NCBI GenBank assembly: GCA_041661685.1
Contig: JBAZTY010000001.1
Location: 256,691-320,690, forward strand
Source: Patescibacteria group bacterium
GTDB taxonomy: Bacteria > Patescibacteriota > Patescibacteriia > Patescibacteriales > UBA12465
Length of the DNA: 64,000 nucleotides
Direction of reading: 5' to 3'
Position 1 is the first letter of the stretch; each line of letters begins with the position of its first letter. Below, one piece after another: positions 53,161 through 62,663 of this stretch. The translations under genes were made by a program, and so were the position numbers. The notes beneath the pieces are model-generated. The model made no database searches. It saw only the letters and a program-made list of their open reading frames with translations, and had not been told where the DNA came from.

Positions 53161-54072
53161 TTATCTGATTTCAAGGTCGATTTCCTTATATATTATATCA
53201 GCTCCTTCGGGAAAATAAGCCGATATAGTTTTTTCAATCTTGGGAATCAGCTCTCCCCAATTATACGACTCAGCCTTCTGAAGAGAAAAGGTGTATGCTC
53301 CCTTTTCATTCATTTCTGGAGGAACACCATTGATAGACACAACGCCATCGGAAATATTATTTTCCGGTATGACAATCCCTTCCAAAAAGGTCAGACGGCG
53401 GCCAAGAAAAATATGATGGCGGACTTCGCTCCTTAACATAATGAATAAATAATCAGGATCTGGACTTCTGAAAATAGTGACGGTCTGCCTCTCAAACTCC
53501 GCTTGATATTCACGATGTAACCGAGTAAACAAAAATCTAAGGATAGCATCATTCAGATCGCTGAATTTCGCCGCCGGCGACTTGGAAACAGCTATCCCAT
53601 AACCGTCGCTAAAATCAATGTCGGCTAATTGATGAGAATGCGCCAGCATAGTCTCTTTTGCTTCATTGTCAAAATTATGACGGTAGCTTGAATAGAACAT
53701 CAGCTGGTCAGGATTCCTCTTCTTGCCCGAAAAAACTGGCGAGACCCGAATTACAAAACCCCTATACCTTTTGCTAATGAACACATTCTTTTCATTTTCA
53801 TCGACTTTATAATCTCCGGGGTCGATGGGAGTTGTTTCTTTTTCCGCAATCTTTTGAACAAAATTTTCCTTTTTGTTTCGATAAAGACGATAATAAATAA
53901 CACTGAGAACTACTAATGTAAAGGAAGCCACAAATCCAATTACTTGGATTGCCTGCAGCCAACCAAAATGGTTGATCGAATCTTGGATAATTAACATATT
54001 TTTAAAGTACTTGCCTGTATCCAGTAAATCGCTACTGAAAAACGGATTGGCTTGCGCCTTGCTACTTGCCAT
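53161..54072 (-). CDS. hypothetical membrane-anchored protein
   Basis: 303 aa with one TM helix (VIGFVASFTLVVLSVIYY). It has its own promoter-like TTGACA-17-TAATAT upstream. No motif recognised. Confidence 0.6.
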   Translation of the reverse strand: MASSKAQANPFFSSDLLDTGKYFKNMLIIQDSINHFGWLQAIQVIGFVASFTLVVLSVIYYRLYRNKKENFVQKIAEKETTPIDPGDYKVDENEKNVFISKRYRGFVIRVSPVFSGKKRNPDQLMFYSSYRHNFDNEAKETMLAHSHQLADIDFSDGYGIAVSKSPAAKFSDLNDAILRFLFTRLHREYQAEFERQTVTIFRSPDPDYLFIMLRSEVRHHIFLGRRLTFLEGIVIPENNISDGVVSINGVPPEMNEKGAYTFSLQKAESYNWGELIPKIEKTISAYFPEGADIIYKEIDLEIR

Positions 54073-54155
54073 TCAGGATATTTATCTTTACCCCATAATT
54101 CCAAGCTTTAGGAATGATGATATATTAGTATATTTATAACTATTTGTCAACAAAC

Positions 54156-54181
54156 AAAATAGGCTTATTAGGCCTATTTTT
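54156..54181. terminator. rho-independent terminator after nifS
   Basis: AAAATAGGC, 7-nt loop, GCCTATTTT. The element is symmetric. Confidence 0.75.
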
Positions 54182-54209
54182 ATGAAATCTAAATATTTCT
54201 AAGATAAAT

Positions 54210-55364
54210 CTAAACAACTGGGGAAAAACTCCTCAGTCTCTTAAATGTTGCTTTCAAGCGCTTGATCGTGTAGTCTATCTCCGCCTTCGTATTATACCGT
54301 CCGAAAGAAAAGCGGATATTACTGTTCAAGAAATTCTTTTCTAAGCCGATGGCGCGCAAGACATGAGAGGATTTCAGGTTAGTCGCCGAACAAGCCGAAC
54401 CGGTCGAAACATGGATGCCCTTGAAAGACAGGTCGATTAGGATAGCCTCCCCTTCGATATAGCCGAACATGATATTAAGATTGGCCGGAACGCGCTTCGT
54501 CAGGCTGCCGTTCAACTTCACTTCCGGAACCTCTTTCTTGATGCTCTTCCAAAAATAATCGCGCAGAGCCGTCACTTTGTTCAGATAAGCCGTTCTTTCC
54601 TTGTAAGCTAGTTCTAAAGCGGCCGCGAGACCGATAATTCCGGGGAGATTATAGGTACCGGAGCGATAGCCGTCTTCCTGCCCGCCGCCGACGATAAGCG
54701 GACGAATCTTCACTTTGCGATTTATATAAGCTAAGCCCACACCCTTGGGGCCGTAGAACTTATGCGCCGACAAAGTCATAAAATCAAGACCCATCTTTTT
54801 GACGTCGAGCTTCAGATATGGAACTGCCTGGACCGCGTCGCTATGGAAATAAGCGCCGTGCTTATGAGCGATCTCGGCTAAAGCGGCGATATCTTGAATA
54901 GTACCGATTTCATTATTGACGGCCATGACAGAAACTAGAATAGTAGAGTCATCGATTAATTTCTCTAAAGCGTCCGGAGAAATGATACCCTCAGAATCAG
55001 CCGGGATGAATTCGACTTTGAAGCCTTCCCTCTCTAATTCTAAAGCCGACTCGCGCACGCACGGGTGCTCGATAGCGGAGACGATGATCTTATTCTTCTT
55101 TTCAGTCCTATTGGCTCGAGCCACGCCCTTAATGATAAAATTATTAGCCTCGGTCGCGCTGGCGGTAAAAATAACACCCTCCGCTTCCCCGCCAATAAGC
55201 TTAGCGACCGCCTGACGCGCCTTAGACAGGTCTAAAAAGGCCTCTTGCCCGGGAAGATGGATAGATGAAGGATTGGCGTATTTAGTTGTCAAATAAGGCT
55301 TCATTTTAGCCAGAACCCGCTCGTCTAGCCGAGTGGTAGCGGCATTATCTAAATATACTTGCAT
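54210..55364 (-). CDS. cysteine desulfurase (NifS/IscS type, class V aminotransferase)
   Basis: PLP-lysine motif SAHKFYGPKG and active-site Cys loop STGSACSA. Confidence 0.92.
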   Translation of the reverse strand: MQVYLDNAATTRLDERVLAKMKPYLTTKYANPSSIHLPGQEAFLDLSKARQAVAKLIGGEAEGVIFTASATEANNFIIKGVARANRTEKKNKIIVSAIEHPCVRESALELEREGFKVEFIPADSEGIISPDALEKLIDDSTILVSVMAVNNEIGTIQDIAALAEIAHKHGAYFHSDAVQAVPYLKLDVKKMGLDFMTLSAHKFYGPKGVGLAYINRKVKIRPLIVGGGQEDGYRSGTYNLPGIIGLAAALELAYKERTAYLNKVTALRDYFWKSIKKEVPEVKLNGSLTKRVPANLNIMFGYIEGEAILIDLSFKGIHVSTGSACSATNLKSSHVLRAIGLEKNFLNSNIRFSFGRYNTKAEIDYTIKRLKATFKRLRSFSPVV

Positions 55365-55522
55365 ATGAATGATTTATCTTAATTTTATAGGTTTTTTATG
55401 AATTTTTACTATACCACAGTATTTGACTTATGTCCAATTAAAATAATTGACAATACTAGCCATGAATGGTAGTTTTTAATCATAATCTTAGTCCTTTATA
55501 AAAACTTAAAAAAACCATAAGG

Positions 55523-56071
55523 ATGACACAGATTCGTTGTTCACTAGAAAAAATCTATGATGACCAGCTAAAAAATTTAGTTAGTTATGGGTGCCCAGAA
55601 GAAACGATCTGGGAGCTTGAAGACCTGAAGACTGAAGTATTGGGTCTTTCTCAAGAATCGGCTTGCCGCTGCCATTTCCCTTTCTTGCCAGTATTGCCGA
55701 AGCCCTACATGGGATTAGTAAAGGAAATCTTCCACGCCAAACATGGCGTCGATCTCGTTGCCGATGAAAAAGAATACGACGGAAAAATCATCTCCGATCA
55801 GCCGTATTATATTATCGGAGTCCGCAAATTATTCCGCGTCGATATAAATAATTTTTCTGGATACGAAGCTGATTTTAACGAGATTATTTCGCTCTCTTTA
55901 TTTTCCGGCCTAAGCGGTCCCTTCTTTGCTTATAACGGCAATTATGTCATCACTGAAGGATGCAAAGAATTGGGCATATGGATCAACACCGAAACTGGCG
56001 GCATAGGTCCTTTCAGAAAAACCGATGACCGTCCTAGCTTCAGGAGTTTCACGAGAATCCTAAAAAAATAG
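55523..56071 (+). CDS. hypothetical protein (182 aa)
   Basis: A clean ORF with a strong terminator downstream. No motif recognised. Confidence 0.55.
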   Translation: MTQIRCSLEKIYDDQLKNLVSYGCPEETIWELEDLKTEVLGLSQESACRCHFPFLPVLPKPYMGLVKEIFHAKHGVDLVADEKEYDGKIISDQPYYIIGVRKLFRVDINNFSGYEADFNEIISLSLFSGLSGPFFAYNGNYVITEGCKELGIWINTETGGIGPFRKTDDRPSFRSFTRILKK

Positions 56072-56093
56072 GCGACGCCAAGGTTACAGTTTC

Positions 56094-56123
56094 AAAAAGC
56101 TATCCCGATCGGATAGCTTTTTT
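56094..56123. terminator. bidirectional rho-independent terminator
   Basis: AAAAAGCTATCC-CGATC-GGATAGCTTTTT. Confidence 0.9.
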
Positions 56124-56149
56124 ATTTTTCTCTCTTATTGACCAAAAAT

Positions 56150-56902
56150 TTATTTCAACAACTCGATAGAATTAACAATAACATCCTTAACCGGCCGATC
56201 GGCGTCTCCGGTCTCAGTGGCTCCAATCTTCTTAACGACGTCCAGGCCTGCGACGACTTCGCCGAAATTAGTATGATGCCCGTCAAGCCACGGAGTAGCC
56301 GCAGCCGTCACGATAAAAAACTGCGAACCATTCGTGCCCGGACCGGCATTAGCCATAGCCAAACTGCCCGCTACTAGCTTATGGGCATTGAACTCATCAT
56401 CAAACTTATAGCCCGGTCCGCCCGTTCCCCAAAGACTAGCATCGGTTCCTTTACTCGAAGGATCACCGCCCTGAATCATAAAATCTTTGATGACGCGATG
56501 GAATTTCGTGCCATTATAAAAATCTTTCTGAGCGAGATTCAAGAAATTATTAACCGTCTTAGGCGAATCAGCGCCATAAAACTTGACGGTGATATTACCG
56601 TAATTAGTCTTGATGAGCGCCTGAGAATATTGCGCGAACAAATCTTCCTGGCCTTCTAAGGTTTTCATACTGGTATTAGTTTCAACCGGCGCTGTCGTTC
56701 CCTCGGTCTGAGCCGGAGTAACGATAGTATTAGTTGCCGGTGCGGACGAGTCGATGGCGCTTTTACTCGAAGCGTCAGTTATCGCCGCTGAATTATTAAT
56801 ATTGATATTATCCGTCGCCTTATTATCGCTATTAGCGCAGGCGGAAACGCTTAACGCGGCCACAAGCAACATGGCCGCGAACATGATTTTTTTCATACTC
56901 AT
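56150..56902 (-). CDS. cyclophilin-type peptidyl-prolyl isomerase, lipoprotein
   Basis: Lipobox LSVSAC. FHRVIKDFMIQGGDP and LAMANAGPGTNGSQFFI. Confidence 0.92.
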   Translation of the reverse strand: MSMKKIMFAAMLLVAALSVSACANSDNKATDNININNSAAITDASSKSAIDSSAPATNTIVTPAQTEGTTAPVETNTSMKTLEGQEDLFAQYSQALIKTNYGNITVKFYGADSPKTVNNFLNLAQKDFYNGTKFHRVIKDFMIQGGDPSSKGTDASLWGTGGPGYKFDDEFNAHKLVAGSLAMANAGPGTNGSQFFIVTAAATPWLDGHHTNFGEVVAGLDVVKKIGATETGDADRPVKDVIVNSIELLK

Positions 56903-56909
56903 ATTTTAA

Positions 56910-58367
56910 TTAAACTTTATAATGTTTTTTAATCTCTTTATCTTCTTCCTGGCGCTTTTCTTCAATCATCTCCTTAGCGCGGCTTCGCAATTCTTCCAAG
57001 TCCATATCCGCTAATTTCCGCGCCTGCGCCTCCAAGCTATCTTCGGTATTCAATTCCGGGTCTTCGAGGACTTCGCCTAATAGTACGTCGAGAATCGCCC
57101 CAATCTTCGGCCCGGGAGGAATATTTAAGATACGCATCAACCCGTCGCCATTAATCTTCAGCATCTTAACTGAGACCGGATCGTTCTGGACCTTCTCGAG
57201 CATATACTCTAGGTGGCGCAGCTTATAGGGCATGGCCTTAGGCGTGCCCGAACCGAGGCGATCGGCGACGCGCAGATCAATAAGGTCTTTAAGATTCTCC
57301 CGGCCAACCTTCACGATCAGGCGACGGACCGAAGCGGCAGTCACCTCTCCGACATTATAATAAAACATGTGATTCTTGACCAGATTAACCACCCGCGTCC
57401 GGTCTTCCGTCGAGAATTTCAAGCGGTTCATAATTTTCTCCGTCATCTTCGCGCCCAAGTATTCATGATTATAGAAAGTAGCGATGCCTTTGATAATCTT
57501 GCGCGTCTTCGGCTTAGCGATATCGTGGAATAAGGCGGCTAAGCGCACCGGCCATTCCTTATTCGGGCAATGCTTCAGAGAGGAAATATTATGAACGAAA
57601 ACCGAAGTCGTATGATGGCGGTCTTGCTTCACGCCGACACCGGCTTCCAGTTCCGGCAAGATATATTGCAAAAGCTTGCAATCCTGAAGCAGCATAATTC
57701 CCTCAGACGGACGATCGGACGACAGAATCTTCACGAGCTCATCACGAATCCTTTCCCCCGATACAAATTTCAAACTGCCGGCTAATTTAGTTATTCCCCG
57801 CTGAGTCTTCGGCTCCAATTCAAAACCGAGCTGAGAACTAAACCGGACAGCCCGCATCATGCGCAAAGCGTCTTCCTTAAAACGATCCTCGGGCTGCCCG
57901 ACGGCGCGGATGATTTTTTTCTTGATATCTTTTTCGCCGCCGAAGAGATCGATGATCTTATCCGGCTCACTGGGATTAAGAGCTAAGGCATTAATAGTAA
58001 AATCGCGGCGCTCCAAATCCTTATCCAATTCTTTTTCAAAACGGACGATATCGGGATGGCGGCGATCGGAATAACCTTGTTCGCTCCGATAAGTCGTGAT
58101 CTCGACGACATCCTGCAATTGTCCCTTGCTAGCTCCTTCTTCCGGCTCAGTCCGGATCGGCAAAAGCACAGTACCAAAGACATTTTCATATCTCGCATCC
58201 GCGAATACTTTTTGAATTTCCTCGGGCAAGGCATTAGTCGTGATATCCCAATCTTTCGGTTCTTTATTCATCAAGACGTCGCGCACGCAGCCGCCCACAA
58301 TATAGGCCTCATAACCCGAGGCCTGTAAAGCTTTGACGATATCTTTTATGTAAACTGGAATATTCAT
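56910..58367 (-). CDS. cca: CCA tRNA nucleotidyltransferase (HD-domain type)
   Basis: GGCVRDVLMNKEPKDWDITT and RDFTINALA, followed by an HD region (HDIAKP). Confidence 0.9.
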   Translation of the reverse strand: MNIPVYIKDIVKALQASGYEAYIVGGCVRDVLMNKEPKDWDITTNALPEEIQKVFADARYENVFGTVLLPIRTEPEEGASKGQLQDVVEITTYRSEQGYSDRRHPDIVRFEKELDKDLERRDFTINALALNPSEPDKIIDLFGGEKDIKKKIIRAVGQPEDRFKEDALRMMRAVRFSSQLGFELEPKTQRGITKLAGSLKFVSGERIRDELVKILSSDRPSEGIMLLQDCKLLQYILPELEAGVGVKQDRHHTTSVFVHNISSLKHCPNKEWPVRLAALFHDIAKPKTRKIIKGIATFYNHEYLGAKMTEKIMNRLKFSTEDRTRVVNLVKNHMFYYNVGEVTAASVRRLIVKVGRENLKDLIDLRVADRLGSGTPKAMPYKLRHLEYMLEKVQNDPVSVKMLKINGDGLMRILNIPPGPKIGAILDVLLGEVLEDPELNTEDSLEAQARKLADMDLEELRSRAKEMIEEKRQEEDKEIKKHYKV

Positions 58368-58375
58368 AATAAAAA

Positions 58376-60124
58376 TTAATTCTTGACAGTCGTTAAGATT
58401 GAACCGTCCGTCTTCTGGAATTTAGTGTGCAGTACTTTAGCGCTTAAGCCGTGCTTCTTGGCCCATTCATAATATTCGACCGCCGCCTTATTCTCATGCG
58501 CGCGTCTGATCGCTCTGCTCTTATCAATACTGTATAGACCATTCAAACGTTTTTGTCTAATGGCCGCCGTCGTCGGGATAGGCTGGCCGCCGCCGCCGAT
58601 GCAGCCTCCAGGACAAGCCATCACTTCTATACAATGATATTTTTTGAGTTTTGGCAAGACTTTGTGAAGATTGGCAATACCATTAACGATACCGACCCTA
58701 ATCCGTTTGTCGCCGATAGCGACAATCGCTTCCTTAAAACCAGCTAAGCCGCGGACATCTTTGAATTCCAAACGTTCAGTACAGATAGGACTCTGCTTGG
58801 CTTTAGATCCTTTCTTGTCGGCGCAAGCGAGAGAGGCCGCGCTTCTAAGAGCCGACTCCATCACGCCGCCGGACGCGCCATAGATAGCCGCCGCGCCGCT
58901 GCCATGATTAAAGAGCTTATCGCCGTCTGAGGGCGTTAACTTCTTAAAATCAATCTTATTCTTTTTAATCAAATAAGCCAACTCTCTTGTCGTTAGAACA
59001 TAGTCAACGAGCGGCCGGCCGTTCAAACTCAACTCCGGACGCGCCGCTTCATATTTTTTAGAGGTGCAAGGCATAATAGAAACGAGAACGATATTCTTTG
59101 GATCAATCCCTTTCTTCTCGGCCCAATAAGTTTTCACGGCGCCGGCCAGATGAATCTGCGGCGAACGCGCCATCGTTAGATGCGGCAATAATTCCGGATG
59201 ATAATATTCGGCATAAGCGACCCAAGAGGGGCAGCATGAACTCATCATCGGCCAGATTGCGTTCTTATCCTTCATGCGTTCCACTAGTTCTTCCGCCTCG
59301 GTCAGAGTCGTAATATCAGCGCCGAAATTCACATCGACAACACTATTAAAACCTAATTTCTTCAAGGCGGTATAAATCAATCCTTCACAGTTAACACCAT
59401 AAGGCAAACCGAATTCCTCTCCGATACTGACACGGATAGACGGCGCGAATTGAGCGACGACTATCTTCTTCTTATCCTTGATCGCCTTTTCCACGGCCGG
59501 CCAAGCGCTCTGTTCCTGTGCGGACGCGGCTGGACAATGCAAAGCACATTGGCCGCAATAAATGCAAGCGCTATTATTATCCTTATCCGGCACGATCTCC
59601 TGAGCAGCTCCAACACCGGCCATCTTCAAATAATCGATGCCTTGGTTATGGCAAGCGGAGACGCAATTATCGCAATCAATGCATTGTTCACCGTCGATCT
59701 CGACGGCATTAGCGAAACGATAAGTCTTACGGCCATGCTTACGCGGAACTAAACGATCGCTTTTCACTTTATAAACCCGGGCTAATCGCAATAATTCACA
59801 ATCAGGAAAAGCAATACAGTCAGCGCATTTTTTCGTATGTTCAGCTAAGACTAATTCTAGATTGATAGCGCGCGCTTTTTTCACTCGCGGACTATCAGTC
59901 CATATTTCCATGCCAGCTTTAGCTTCGGTCGAACAAGCAGTCGCGAGCTTATCGCGGCCCTTAATTTCGACGACGCAGACGCGGCAATTAGCTTTCACAT
60001 CCAAATCAGGATGATAACACAAAGACGGAATTTTTATTCCGTACTCGCGCGCGATCTCTAATATCGTCTGGCCAGTTTTAGCCGCGACGACTTTGTTATT
60101 TATCTTCAAAGTCATGAGAGTCAT
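58376..60124 (-). CDS. hydA: [FeFe]-hydrogenase catalytic subunit, CpI-like domain order
   Basis: A 2Fe-2S ferredoxin-like N-terminus, a His-ligated cluster EHTKKCADC, and two CxxCxxCxxxCP motifs. H-cluster motifs are SSCCPSW, MPCTSKKYE and EVMACPGGCIGGGGQP. The C-terminal tail resembles the small subunit. Confidence 0.92.
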   Translation of the reverse strand: MTLMTLKINNKVVAAKTGQTILEIAREYGIKIPSLCYHPDLDVKANCRVCVVEIKGRDKLATACSTEAKAGMEIWTDSPRVKKARAINLELVLAEHTKKCADCIAFPDCELLRLARVYKVKSDRLVPRKHGRKTYRFANAVEIDGEQCIDCDNCVSACHNQGIDYLKMAGVGAAQEIVPDKDNNSACIYCGQCALHCPAASAQEQSAWPAVEKAIKDKKKIVVAQFAPSIRVSIGEEFGLPYGVNCEGLIYTALKKLGFNSVVDVNFGADITTLTEAEELVERMKDKNAIWPMMSSCCPSWVAYAEYYHPELLPHLTMARSPQIHLAGAVKTYWAEKKGIDPKNIVLVSIMPCTSKKYEAARPELSLNGRPLVDYVLTTRELAYLIKKNKIDFKKLTPSDGDKLFNHGSGAAAIYGASGGVMESALRSAASLACADKKGSKAKQSPICTERLEFKDVRGLAGFKEAIVAIGDKRIRVGIVNGIANLHKVLPKLKKYHCIEVMACPGGCIGGGGQPIPTTAAIRQKRLNGLYSIDKSRAIRRAHENKAAVEYYEWAKKHGLSAKVLHTKFQKTDGSILTTVKN

Positions 60125-60861
60125 TATTTTTTTATCTTCACTAATTCCTTATAGATGCTATAGGTATAGACCAGGACTATCGGACCAATTAAGAGGCTCG
60201 CGACTTGGACGATAGCGCCCCAGATAGAATTAAATAAGCTGCCTTTTTCAGCAAAGGATAGCGGCAGGGATATTAATAATGAGAAGACCCAGACAATGAC
60301 GCCGACAAAGATGAAGCGTCCGAACACCGGCCAGAAATATCCGGAAACGAGCTGAACGCTGCGGCGGATAGCGGCCAGGCCTCGCTTATCCTCGAAGAAT
60401 AAGGCATAGCAAGCAAAACTATAAAGCACGGAATAGATGATGCCCGGAATTATAAGCAGTAAGGTCCAAAGGAGCACGAAGACGCAAGTCAAGATAACCA
60501 GACTAACATAGGGCCAGAAATACTGACGAGTCTCTTTGAACAGCTTCTTTTCATGGCCGGCATAATCGTTCTTGACGAGCAAGAAGATACCGATATAAGA
60601 ACGGATAAAGAAATACAGCGCCGTAAAAAAACCGAGAACGGAAATAATGACGGTCGCGATTCGGAAACCGAGGCCAACGCTATCGCCGAGCCAATAATTG
60701 ACGCCGAGCAAGATAGCGATAACCGCCATCGGAATAAGCGCATACAATAATCCCCAAAGATAGATAAGCACTATCTTCTTAAGATTCTTCCACCAGGTTT
60801 TCAGCGCGATTTCAAAAGTGTCGAAAACCGGCACGAGCTTGATCTTTTTTTCTTTGTCCAT
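60124..60861 (-). CDS. hypothetical polytopic membrane protein (about 6 TM)
   Basis: 245 aa and strongly hydrophobic. Its stop overlaps the hydA start (TAATG). It starts 10 nt after the NuoF-like stop. Confidence 0.7.
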   Translation of the reverse strand: MDKEKKIKLVPVFDTFEIALKTWWKNLKKIVLIYLWGLLYALIPMAVIAILLGVNYWLGDSVGLGFRIATVIISVLGFFTALYFFIRSYIGIFLLVKNDYAGHEKKLFKETRQYFWPYVSLVILTCVFVLLWTLLLIIPGIIYSVLYSFACYALFFEDKRGLAAIRRSVQLVSGYFWPVFGRFIFVGVIVWVFSLLISLPLSFAEKGSLFNSIWGAIVQVASLLIGPIVLVYTYSIYKELVKIKK

Positions 60862-60871
60862 ATTGTTTAAA

Positions 60872-61906
60872 TTATTTCTTAACTATCTTAACTATATTAT
60901 TAAAATAACTTTTTAACGGAATCGGCAACGAAGATCCCAGCGCACAGAAACTGGTCTCTTCCAAGCTCGAAACTATTTCCCAGAATAGCTTATAATCGAT
61001 CTCTTTCTTGTTAATAAGTTCCCATAAGCGATAAGTACCCTCGCGGCAAGGAACGCATTGGCCGCAGCTCTGTTCATGATAAAATTTCAACCAATATTTT
61101 AAGAGTTTTCGCCGATCAGTCTCTTCAGCATGATAAATCATAATCGAACCCGTGCCCTCGACCGGTCGATCAAGTTGGCCGGAGTTAAAAACTTCTCCGC
61201 TCGCTTCGCCGCCAGTCTGGATAAAGAAAGGCCAAGCTGGATAATTACCCGTCCGCTTCAAAATTTCTTCTATAGTAAGATTGATTGGCAATTTATGGAC
61301 GCCGGGGCGCTTAACCCCGCCAGTGATAGTATAAAAACGATCCTCTTCATAGTTATCGCGCGCTAACCGGCTGACATTATAAAAAGTTTCCGTGTTATTG
61401 ACGAGCGTCGGGTGATTATGCAAACCGTTCGTCGTCGGATAGGGCGGTTTTAGACGCGGCTGGATCCGCTTCCCTTCAATCAGATTCAAGAGTACTGTCT
61501 CTTCGCCGCCGATATAAGTCAGACTTTCCGGCTTTAAGAAAAATTCTAATTTTTTAGCGAGAGCGCCATATCTCTTAGTCGCGAGAACTTTCTTAAGCCC
61601 GGCGCCATATTTCTGATAATACTCATGATTCAGAAAAAAATAAATCCGCTTGATCTTAGCCGACCCCAGGAATTTATCAGCTTCGTAGACGCCGTTTAAG
61701 ACTTCTTCTGGGTAATTGGCGATGATATAGCCGTCTTTCTTCACGCCCGGCTCGCCTTCGGCGCCATTAACGATAATATAGCCGAGTTTTTTAGTTTTTA
61801 GAGCATCACCCACCGCTGCCCATTTCTGGGCAGTCGGGAAAGAAGCGCCGCCGCGACCGACTAGTCCAGCCGAGGCCATTTTTTTTAGAATGTCTGTTCT
61901 AGGCAT
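60872..61906 (-). CDS. NuoF-like NADH-binding flavoprotein (short form)
   Basis: GRGGASFPTAQKW, VNGAEGEPG, YIGGEETVLLNLIEG, RLKPPYPTTNGLHNHPTLVNNTET and SCGQCVPCREG...SFCALG. Only 344 aa. Confidence 0.8.
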   Translation of the reverse strand: MPRTDILKKMASAGLVGRGGASFPTAQKWAAVGDALKTKKLGYIIVNGAEGEPGVKKDGYIIANYPEEVLNGVYEADKFLGSAKIKRIYFFLNHEYYQKYGAGLKKVLATKRYGALAKKLEFFLKPESLTYIGGEETVLLNLIEGKRIQPRLKPPYPTTNGLHNHPTLVNNTETFYNVSRLARDNYEEDRFYTITGGVKRPGVHKLPINLTIEEILKRTGNYPAWPFFIQTGGEASGEVFNSGQLDRPVEGTGSIMIYHAEETDRRKLLKYWLKFYHEQSCGQCVPCREGTYRLWELINKKEIDYKLFWEIVSSLEETSFCALGSSLPIPLKSYFNNIVKIVKK

Positions 61907-61921
61907 GAAAAATATTATTTC

Positions 61922-62653
61922 CTATCTCGCTGTCCAGCCACCATCGACATAGATGATAGTGCCAGTCACATATTTAGCATCATCACTCGCTAAGTATAAA
62001 GCGGCTTGAGCAATATCATTCGGTTCTCCGACATGTCCTAAAGGCGTGCTGGCTTTAATCATATTGTTAAATCCTTCATCAGCCAGGACTCCTTTAGTCA
62101 TATTAGTAGCGATGAATCCAGGAGCAATAGCGTTTATACGGATTCCCAAAGGCGCTAAGTCTAAAGCGCCCGCGTGAGTCAGCTGCACTACTCCGCCCTT
62201 AGTTGCTGAATAAGCGATAGTCGAGGCCATACCGACAGATCCAAGAATAGAGCTCATATTAATAATATTGCCTTTGATGCCAGCCGCTTTCATAGCATTA
62301 GCGGCGGCGCGTGCGCCATACATAACGCCGAAAAGATTTATCTTCAAAATCTTTTCCCAGTCCGCATCCGTTACCTCAAGAATTCCGCCCAGGCCGCCAA
62401 TACCGGCATTATTAACCATGATATCCAAGTGGCCGAACTTATCTACCGCCGTTTTAACGAGCGCGTCGACCTCTTTTGAATTAGCAACATCGCATTTTAC
62501 AAATAGAGCTTTAGCCGGGTCTAATTCCATAACCGGAGCATTCACGTCCGAATAGACGACTTTTGCGCCCTCAGACGAGAAGAGATTGGCGATAGCTAGA
62601 CCGATGCCGCTAGAGGCGCCGGTGACGATAGCGACTTTATTATCTAGTTTCAT
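61922..62653 (-). CDS. SDR family NAD(P)-dependent oxidoreductase
   Basis: TGASSGIGLA, NNAG, and the catalytic YSATKGG (YxxxK). Confidence 0.9.
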   Translation of the reverse strand: MKLDNKVAIVTGASSGIGLAIANLFSSEGAKVVYSDVNAPVMELDPAKALFVKCDVANSKEVDALVKTAVDKFGHLDIMVNNAGIGGLGGILEVTDADWEKILKINLFGVMYGARAAANAMKAAGIKGNIINMSSILGSVGMASTIAYSATKGGVVQLTHAGALDLAPLGIRINAIAPGFIATNMTKGVLADEGFNNMIKASTPLGHVGEPNDIAQAALYLASDDAKYVTGTIIYVDGGWTAR

Positions 62654-62663
62654 ATTATTAATA

